Below, in pieces: positions 12,001 through 21,000 of a stretch of DNA of 58,732 nt. The stretch covers positions 1 to 58,732 of the forward strand of contig CALSCO010001648.1 in assembly GCA_943704415.1 (NCBI GenBank), given 5' to 3'. The DNA is from Parvularia atlantis (lineage: Eukaryota). The position numbers were made by a program, and so were the translations under genes. How positions within the stretch are numbered: position 1 is the stretch's first letter; each line of letters opens with the position of its first letter. The notes below the pieces were generated by a model that searched no databases, was not told the DNA's origin, and was given only the letters and a program-made list of their open reading frames with translations.

Positions 12001-13256
12001 TCGACTCGGGCAGCCAGGCCTTGAGGTCGGCCTTGCTGATGTACGTGGCCTGCGGATGGCTTAGCGCGCGTGCGCCGGTGGCTGCCGCGAGCGAGCGGCG
12101 CACCTTGACGGCGGGGCGGCCCGACTCGTGCGTGATCGGCTGGAGGTGCCAGATAGACACGTCGACCTCCTGCGCGCGTGCGGGTGCGGGCGTCGGGTGG
12201 CGGCACGGGCGGCAGGCGGTCGGCGGGGGACGCACCATGCGCACGCGCGCGGGGTCGACGGGGATGTCGGGTGTGTCGACGGACGAGGCGACGTTGAGCA
12301 TCGAGCCGTCCGGGTAGAGCTTGACGATGGAGAGCGCGGCTGTGTCGCGCGCGGCGACGATGAGCTGGCGCGAGTGTGAGTGGCGCTGTGTCGACGAGCG
12401 GGCCAAGGGGGCGGCCGCGCGCACGAAGGACTTGGTGGCGACCCAGCTGAGGTTGGTGCTGGCGTCGAGGGCGCGGACGATGCGTCCCTGGTCGAAGAAC
12501 GAGTCCCATTTTGAGCGGGCGCCGAGGGTCATGGCGACCTCGAAGACGAACGCGGGCGGGAGGCCGACGGCGGTGGCCTCGCCTGTGATGTGCGCGGTTG
12601 GTGCGGTGCGCGTTGCACGGTGCATGGTTGAGGCGGTCGAGGTGCATTGTGGCGATGTCGCGAGCACGTCGAGGCAGGGAGCAGGCAGGGAGCAGGCAAC
12701 GAGCACAGGCAGCGAGCAGGCAGCGAGCACAGGCAGCGAGCACGTCCCATCGAGCAGGCAGCGAGCACGTCCCCATCGAGCAGGCAGCGAGCACGTCCCC
12801 ATCGAGCAGGCAGCGAGCAGGCAGCGAGCAACGGCGTCAGCCAGCGTCACGGCGACCACCGGCCGCCGCGCACCGCGGGTGAAGGGCAGGCCGCCGCCGC
12901 GCAGGTCCTTGCGTAGCACGCGCACGTCGCCGCTCTGTGTGCGCGCGCCGTCGGCCGCTCGCACGCCGTCCGCCCAACGCGCACCTGCTGCGCCAGCACC
13001 CAGCCGTCGCGCGCCGTCTCGGCCAGCAGCGCCTCGGCGCGGGCCACGTCGTCGCGCACCTTGGCGGCCCAGCCGTGCGCCGCGTCAGCCAGCGGCGGCT
13101 GCGGCGGCAGCGCGCGCGCCAGCAGCGCCGTCCCGGCTGCGCCCTGCGGCGGCACCCCGCGCCGCGCCGTCAGCAGCCGGCGGCCGTGCGGCGTCGGCGG
13201 CGCACGTGAAGCGGCAGCAGGAACGGCGGCGTCGCACGCAGCAGGTCCGCTGCCAT
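9068..13256 (-). CDS. Tandem START-domain lipid-transfer protein with C-terminal membrane anchor (multi-exon)
   Basis: Two START-like blocks (RSKWDSFFDQGRIVRALD..ARDTAALS..SSVDTPDIP..YISKADLKAWLP; RKRWDEMYDH..WPAGPRDLCAL..GSVVDSKVP..FTRAQTD). Each is followed by a RYPxG...VNG beta-rich segment, and a hydrophobic tail LLSTAVLVAFVAASMLS follows. The last exon is uncertain (stop at 9207 or, after splicing, 9068). The start MAADLL (ATG 13256) is inferred from the adjacent intron. Confidence 0.75.
12661..12832. repeat. Intronic minisatellite (about 27-nt unit GCAGCGAGCACGTCCCCATCGAGCAGG plus shorter GCAGCGAGCA units)
   Basis: Directly visible tandem copies inside the enlarged START-gene intron 12583-12873. 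Confidence 0.85.
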
Positions 13257-13260
13257 CAAG

Positions 13261-14778
13261 TCAACAAAACGTCTCACGGCACTGCGGCGGCACAAGCAGC
13301 GGCACGACCTCGGCGGCGGGCAGCTCGCGCACGTGCTGCTTGAACCCCTCGCCGCGGCACACGACGTACGCGTCGCAGTCCCTGTCACGCGGGTGAGCAG
13401 ATGCGCCGGGCGCAACAGCAGCCCGGCGAGCGCACCGCAGACGCGCCTTGACCCAGCTGTCGTCCGTCAGCTGCCGGCCGACGAGTGCGTCGCCGCCCTC
13501 GGCCGTGGGTGGCGCGAGCGCGTACTCGATCGCACGGCTGCCACCCGGGCGACGCGGTCAGCCGCACGCACACGGACGCGCAACGCACCCGTCCTTGAGC
13601 ACGCCGTGAACAATCGCGCCGCCGTCGCCCAGCGCCAGCACCTCGCTCACAGCCGCACCGCGGTTGTCCGGGCTGGCCATGTCCGAGTAGGACGTGTCGG
13701 CCGTGATCACACGCACCGCGCCCGTGCGGATCACGAGCGGGCAGTCGCCGTGCGGGACGTGCCCGCACAGGACACTGTGCACGCCGCTGCGCACCAGGTA
13801 CGCCGCCACTGCGGGCTTGACCGGCACGGCGTTGCCGTTGACCAGGTTGGTCGTGTAGACCACGCCGGCGCCGCCAAACCCGCCCGGCACGCCATAGTCC
13901 ATCAGCGCGTCGCCGCCGCGATCGCTGCCGCGCGCGGGGCCCCAGCGCGGCCGGGCCTCGTATGCGTCCAGTTGGCGCTGCACCCACACATTGAGCCCGT
14001 CGACCCATTCGTCCACGGTCTCGGCGGGGCCGTCGCGCTCGGGCACGCGGCCTATGTTGGCCTCGGTCACGGCGCCGTGCACAAACAGGTGCGGCCCGAG
14101 GCGCACGGCCAGCTGAGCGTGGCGGAGATACTGCAGCATGAACGAGTCCGGGTGGCCCGGGCGCACCGAGGCGCAGTAGCTCTCGAGCACGTCGGCGTCG
14201 GCGGCGTCGGCGGCGTCGGCGGCGCGGCAGAGGGCGAGCTCGCGGCGGCGCAGCTCAAAGGCGCCGTCGGCGCCCATGGTCTCGGCGAGCATCCAGAGCG
14301 CGCGCGTGATGGGCGTGAGCAGGTGCTCGGGCGCGATGCCCTTCTTGGCGGCGTATGCGGCCGGGGTCACGCGCTTGGCCGGCTCGACCCAGTACGGGTA
14401 CGCGGCGTCGTGGGCGACGTCGTGGGCGACGACGACGGCCGGATCGTCTAGCTCCGAGGCGAAGCGGAGCTTGTTGGCGTCGCGGTTGCCGATGAGGAGG
14501 AAGACGCGGTGCGGGTGGCGCTGCTTGAAGTCGACGAGGGCGCGGACGAGGCGGATGTCGCCGGGGCCCTTGTCGCACACGTCGCCGCCAAAGACGAAGA
14601 AGTCGTTGTTGTCGTTGTCGTTGTCGTTGTCGGCGCGGAAGGCGAGGCGGCGGTCGCGCGCGTTGTCGTCGACGTAGCGCACGACGCGCGACGCGGCCAC
14701 GAAGCGGTCGACGTAGTCGATGTTGCCCTCGGCGTCGGTGAGGTATGCGATGCGCGAGCGCGGGCCGAGGCGTGCCAT
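13261..14778 (-). CDS. Calcineurin-like metallophosphoesterase (one 1.2-kb exon plus two short 3' exons)
   Basis: Motifs TDAEGN, FVFGGDVCDKGPGD, LIGNRDANK, LFVHGAV, LCGHVPHGD and TADTSYS. The spliced tail KDG|RAIEY..WVKARLR|DCDAYVV..ETFC* ends at TGA 13261-13263. Confidence 0.85.
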
Positions 14779-15004
14779 CGCGATGCGGAGGGTGCGGATC
14801 GTGTGGAGCGTGGCTTGAGGAGGGTGCGAGCGATGCGCGGTGTGCAGGCGGTGTGCAGCAGGTGCGGATCACCGCACACCGTGACAGAGCCTCTCTACCT
14901 GCAATTGCTACGTGCATCGTACACAGTTCAAGGTGACGCCATGTGGCGACTCGCCCCGACTCGCTCACTCGCGCGCGCGCCCCGCCCGCAGCAGCAGCAG
15001 CACC

Positions 15005-15016
15005 ATGGCAGACCCG

Positions 15017-15051
<35 letters not shown>

Positions 15052-15419
15052 CCCGCGGTTCAACCCAAACGCGGCCAACTTCAACCCAAACGTGCAGGCG
15101 TACGTGCCCTCGGGCGGCGTGTACGGTGCGCGCGTTTGCTGTGCCCCCGTGCCGCGCAGCCCGCTGCTCACGCGCGCACGCACGCACGCGCAGGCTACGC
15201 GCCGCCGCAGCAGGCGTGGCCGCAGGTGCAGCAGCCGTACTACGAGCAGCAGCAGCAGCACGACCCGCAGCAGACCTACGCCGGCTACTTCCCGCCCGGC
15301 CTCGGCGGCATCCCCTCGGCGGCGGCGTACGGCGCGCCGTACCCCCCGTACGCGGCGCCGGCGGGGCAGCCGCGCGCCGTGCAGCAGCCGTACTACCAGC
15401 AGCCGTTGCCGGCGCCAGT

Positions 15420-15464
<45 letters not shown>

Positions 15465-17941
15465 TGGCGTCATCAGCCTCGGCGCGCCCAACCAGAAGGC
15501 CGGCACCATCACCATCGGCGGCCCGGCCGTCAAGACGCCCGCGCTCGCCAAGCCCCCCGCCGCCGCCGCGACCGCCGCCAGCACCGCCGCCGGGGCAGCT
15601 GACCCCAAGAAGGCCGCGCCCGCCGCCGCGCCCGCCAAGGCCGCACATGCCGCCGCCGCCGCCGACAAGGACAAGGCGCCCGCCACGGCCGCAGCGCCCG
15701 CTGACAAGGACAAGGACAAAGACAAGGACGGCGCGGTGGGCGCGACCAACGCGGGCCTCGTCACGGGCATGCAGGCCGCCGCCCTTGCCGAGCCCGACGC
15801 CGCCGACGACGACGAGACCTACCCGGTCTCGCTCACGCAGGACAGCGGCAAGGAGCACCTCAACGTCATCTTCATGGGCCACGTCGGTGCGCGCGCGTGC
15901 TCTGGTCGCTCGCGGGTGCGCGGGACTGACCGTGCGCACGCGCGACGCAGACGCGGGCAAGTCGACCATCGGCGGCCACCTGCTGTGCGCGCAAACGCCG
16001 ACGTGACGCGCGCGCGGTTCCGACACATTCGCACGCGCGCCCAAACAGGTACCTCACGGGCATGGTCGACAAGCGCACGCTCGAGAAGTACGAGGCCGAC
16101 GCCAAGGCCGCCGGCATGGGCTCGTGGTACCTCTCGTGGGCGCTCGACGTCAACCCGGAGGAGCGTTCCAAGGTGCGCGCCGGTGTGTGCTGCGCGTGGC
16201 CCGCTCTGCTCACGCCGCGCGCTGCAGGGCAAGACGGTCGAGGTCGGCCGCGCCTGGTTTGAGACTGAGAAGAAGCGCTACACGCTGCTCGACGCCCCCG
16301 GCCACAAGTCGTACGTGCCCAACATGATTGGCGGTGCGGCGCAGGCCGACATGGGCATCCTGGTGCGTGCATGTGCGCACACGCGCGCGCGCGCGTGCCT
16401 TGACACCCCGCCGCAGGTCATCTCAGCCAAGAAGGGCGAGTTCGAGTCGGGCTTCGAGAAGAGCGGCCAGACGCGCGAGCATGTCATGCTCGCCAAGACG
16501 GCCGGCGTGCGCCGACTGATCGTCGTGATCAACAAGATGGACGAGGGCACGGTCAACTGGTCGCAGGAACGGTGCACGCGGCACGGCACGGCACGGCACG
16601 GCACGGCTGCTCACGCCAGCGCCGCGCGCGTGTGCAGTTACGACGAGATCGTCGGCAAGCTGACGCCGTTCATCAAGGCGTCCGGCTTCGGCTCCAAAGG
16701 TGCACTTCCTGCAGCCCGCGTGCCCGTGCTCAACGGCGCCCGCACAGACGTCAACTTCATGCCCGTCTCTGGCTACACAGGCGCCAACCTGAAGGAGCCT
16801 CTGACGAAGGAGGTCTGCTCGTGGTGGCCCGAGGGGTGCGTGGGTGCCCGTGTGTGCGACAACCCAGGCTGACGTACGCGACAGGCAACCCTCGCTGCTG
16901 CAGTACCTCGACAGCCTGCCCAAGATCGAGCGCCCGGTAGACCAGCCGCTGCGCCTGCCCGTGACGGAGAAGGTGCGGCGGCGCGTGCTGACCGCCGTAC
17001 GTGCGGGCGCTGACCCGCGCGCGGCGCTCGCAGTACCGCGACATGGGCACGATCGTGTCGGGCAAGATCGAGTCGGGCTACATCAAGCTCGGCCAGAAGC
17101 TGATGATTATGCCGAATCAGGTGCGTCGCTGCCACACCGTGCCGCGACAGTGCCTCACACGCATGCGCACGCGGCCTTGCCAGCACCGCTGTGAGGTCGC
17201 CAGCATCGCGATTGACGAGGATGAGGTCCAGATCGCCAAGAGCGGCGAGAACGTGCGCCTGCGCCTGAAGAACTGCGAGGAGGACGACCTGTCGGTCGGC
17301 TTCGTGCTGTGCCACCCCAAGGCGCCGGTCAAGATTGCGCGGGCGTTTGAGGCGCAGTTGGTGATCGTCGAGCACAAGAGCATCATCACGTCGGGCTTCC
17401 GCGCGGTGCTGCACATCCACACGGCCGTCGAGGAGGTCACGCTGCAGGTGCGTCCTGCCGTGCTTGCTCGCGTGTGCCCCTGAGATCTCGCCCCTGCCGC
17501 CGCACAGGCCCTCCTGTTCTCGATCGACAAGAAGACGGGCAAGCGCCTGAAGAAGCCGCCGGTCTTCGTGCGCCCGGGCGAGGTGTGCATCGCGCGGCTC
17601 GAGACCGACGGCGTCGTGTGCATGGAGACGTACGAGAACTACCCGCAGCTGGGGCGCTTCACGCTGCGCGATGAGGGTGCGCGTGTTGTGTGCGCGCGTG
17701 CAGGGCCGGGTGCTGACGGCTAGCGCGCGCGGGTGCGCCAGGCAAGACGGTGGCGATGGGCAAGGTGCTCAAGCTGATCCCGCTGAGCGACACCGAGGCG
17801 GCCAACCAGGCGGCATCGTCCGCTGCGACCGCCGCGGCCGTTGCGGCATCTGCGTCGTCTGCGTCCTCGTCGTCGTCGTCGGCGGCGGCTGCTGCGTCGG
17901 CGGCTGCTGCTGCGTTGGCGGCCGACGGCGACGATGAGTGA
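15005..17941 (+). CDS. SUP35: Eukaryotic release factor 3 (GSPT/Sup35) with Q/Y/P-rich N-domain
   Basis: KEHLNVIFMGHVDAGKST, WYLSWALD, GKTVEVGRAWFET, LDAPGHKSYVPNMIGGAAQAD, GQTREHVMLAKTAGV, NKMD..VNWSQER and the eRF3 C-terminal LGRFTLRDEGKTVAMGKV. Confidence 0.96.
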
Positions 17942-17984
17942 GCCACTGCGGTGTCGGTCTGAGGTCAATCGTCATCCATCCATC

Positions 17985-18015
17985 ATGGACGCGCTGCGAC
18001 GCCGCTTCCAGTGGC

Positions 18016-18050
<35 letters not shown>

Positions 18051-21000
18051 GTGGGCGGCAGCGGCGGCAGCAGCAGCAGCAGCAGCAGCAGCGTGAGCCA
18101 CGGCCGCAGCGCGTCGGTCGACCAGGCAGCGGCGCCGTTGTCCCCGCCGCTCGACGGGCCGCTCGAGGCGCCGTCGTCCAGCAGCCCAGGCGCGGTGCGG
18201 CGCAAGGCCTCGGCGCCGGCCACGACGGCTGCTGCTGCGGCGGCGGCGGCAACGGCTGCTGCTGCTGCGGCGGCGGCGGCGGACGAGGCGCTGGACGACG
18301 CGGATGACACGGCGACGGCGCCGCAGCCGGCCAAGGCGCCGCTGTGCGTCGTTTGTTGGTGGCGCGCGGTTGTGGCGCGCTCACACGCAGCGCCCCGCGC
18401 CACCCCGCGCGCAGCCCCGGCGGCACGGCCAGGCACAACTGGCTGCTCAAGGTCACGCGCGGCGTCGCGCGCAGCGGCAGCGGCGCGGGCGGCAGCAGCG
18501 GCGGCGCCAAGGTCGCCGGCGGCGGCACAAGCGCGATGGGCAGCGCGGGCGCGACGCGCGGCGCGGTACTGGGCACGGCCAACGGCAGCGGCGGCGGCGC
18601 AGCGGCCGAGCCCGCGATGGTGTTTGACGCCGACTACATCTTCTCGCCGCCCGACTCGCTCGACAACGTCGTGTTCTCGGAGAGCGAGAGCAACAAAGAC
18701 GGCATCCCGCTGCTCCGGTGCGCGCCCGCAGGCCTTACGCACACGCCGCACCGCGTGCTCACGCCACGCGGCACACGCGCGCACCCGTGCGGTAGCGGTG
18801 GCACCCTCGCCAAGCTCGTCGAGCGCCTCACGTTCGACAAGTACGTCGACACCAACTACCTCCAGCAGTTCCTCCTCACCTACCGCACATTCACGTCCCC
18901 GCGCGAGCTCTTGGCCCTGCTCGTCGAGCGCTACAACATGGCCGATCCCATCCGTGCCACCGACAAGCAGCTGGCTGCGTACAAGGCACGCGAGCGCGCT
19001 TGCTTCGTGCTCGCTCCCGCTGATCAGCGTCCCAACCGCGCAGACGATCAAGAAGGTTGTGCGCCTGCGCGTGTTCAACGTGCTCAAGACGTGGACTGAC
19101 AAGCACTACTACGACTTTGTCAGCGACCCGCGCCTGCTCGACGACCTTGAGCAGTTCCTCGAGCAGCTCGCGCAGACCGGCATGGCCAAGTCGGCCGAGT
19201 TCCTGCGCGACTTTCTCGCGCGCAAGCGGTGCGCCCGACTACACTTGTTGCCGGGACTGCGCTGACGGGAGGGGGGGGGGGGGGGGGCGGTAAACGCAGC
19301 GCCGAGATGGCCGAGGAGAGCAAGCGCGTGCCGCAGCGGCAGCAGCTACAGGCGGGCGTGCCGGCGCTGACCAAATCGGTCGAGCTGCTCAAGATCCAGC
19401 CGCTCGAGCTGGCCAAGCAGATGACGCTGATCGAGCAGGAGCTGTACCGGGCCATCACGCCGCGCGAGTTCAACAACCAGGTGCGCCGCGCCGGACACAG
19501 GCGGTGGGCCGCTCACGCGTGTGCGGGCATTGCGCAGGGGTGGAACAAGGGCACGCGCGAGCAGAAGATCAGCCGCTCGCCCAACGTGATCGCCCTGATC
19601 GAGCGCTTCAACGAGGTCTCCAACTGGGTCGCGACGACGCTGGTGTCCGAGAGCGACCTGGAGACGCGCCGCGACCTGCTCGTGTTCTTCGTTCACCTGG
19701 CCAACCACTGCAAGGACCTCAACAACTTCAACGGGATGATGGCAGGTGCGCCCGTGCGCGCCGAGCAGCCTAGAAAGGGCGATCGCTCACGGTCCGACGC
19801 AGTCATCTCGGGTGTGACAGCGACGTCGACGTATCGGCTCAAGAAGACGTGGGGTCTGCTCGACCGCAACACGAGCACGATCTTCAACGAGCTGCACGCG
19901 CTGCTCTCGCGCGACAACAACTTCAGGAACTACCGCGCCGCCCTGCGAGCGGTGCGTGCGAGCAAACTGTGGCGCGCACGGCTCGCTGACACCCCGCCGC
20001 AGGTCCAGCCGCCCGTGATCCCGTACCTAGGCATGTACTTGACCGACATGACGTTCATCGACCAGGGCAACTCGGACCTGCTGCCGGGCACGCAGGTGCG
20101 CCGCCGTGCTGCGGACGCGCGGCGCTCACGCTCGTGTGTGCCCGTAGCTGATCAACTTTTACAAGCGCCGGCTGATGTCGCACGTCATGCGCGAGATCCA
20201 GCAGTACCAGCAGCAGCCGTACGCGTTCGTGCGCAACGACGCCATTGTCGCCGCCGTGAGCAACCTCGAATGCAAGACCGAGGAGGAGTGCTACGCGCTG
20301 TCGCTCAAGATTGAGCCGCGCGAGGAGACCGCCGCGCCGAAGCAGCCCGTCGCGGAGAAGGCGCAGCATCGCGTCTCCGCTGTCGAGTGCGGGCAGGCTG
20401 ACAGGGCGCGCGCATACCGCAGGCCTTGCCACCTGGTGCCGATCCACTGGACGAGTTCCAGTTTGACTACGCGCCCGACTTTCCATTCCGCGAGGCCGAT
20501 AGCGCCGACAACGTCTCGTTCATGGTGCGCGGGCAGCGCGGGCTGAGGAGGCACGCTCACGGCCGCTCAGGACTTTGACGAGGTCCGCGACCGCTACTCG
20601 ATCCGCGCGGGCACGGTCGAGAAGCTCGTGGAGCGTCTGACCTACCACCGCTACCCCGACTCGGACTACATGTCGGCGTTCCTGTTGACCTACCGCTCGT
20701 TCATGACGCCGCGGCGGCTGCTGGCGCTGTTGCTCTGCCGCTTCAGCATGCCGCTGCCGGTCAACTGCCTGAGTGACGACGTGCAGCGGTGCGCCCCCAC
20801 ACACAGACGGCATGTGTGCAGCTCGTTGACGCACGCCGCGCGGTGATGCAGCTTCAAGGCACAGCGCCTGACACCCATCCGCCTGCGCGTGGCCAATGTG
20901 TTCAAGAACTGGATCGACAAGTACTTTTTCGACTTTGCCGAGGACCGGTCGCTCGTGGCCTCGTTCCTGTCGTTTGTCAAGATCGAGACGGGCGTGGAGC

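Noticed and set aside
12661..12832. Possible CRISPR-like array (also 27996-28155 and 43905-43991)
   Set aside because: Units are directly adjacent without unique spacers, and no cas genes are present; these are ordinary tandem repeats.
15005..17941. HBS1 or eEF1A as an alternative identity
   Set aside because: YLSWALD, GKTVEVGRA.FET, KSYVPNMIGGA and GRFTLRDEG are eRF3-type.
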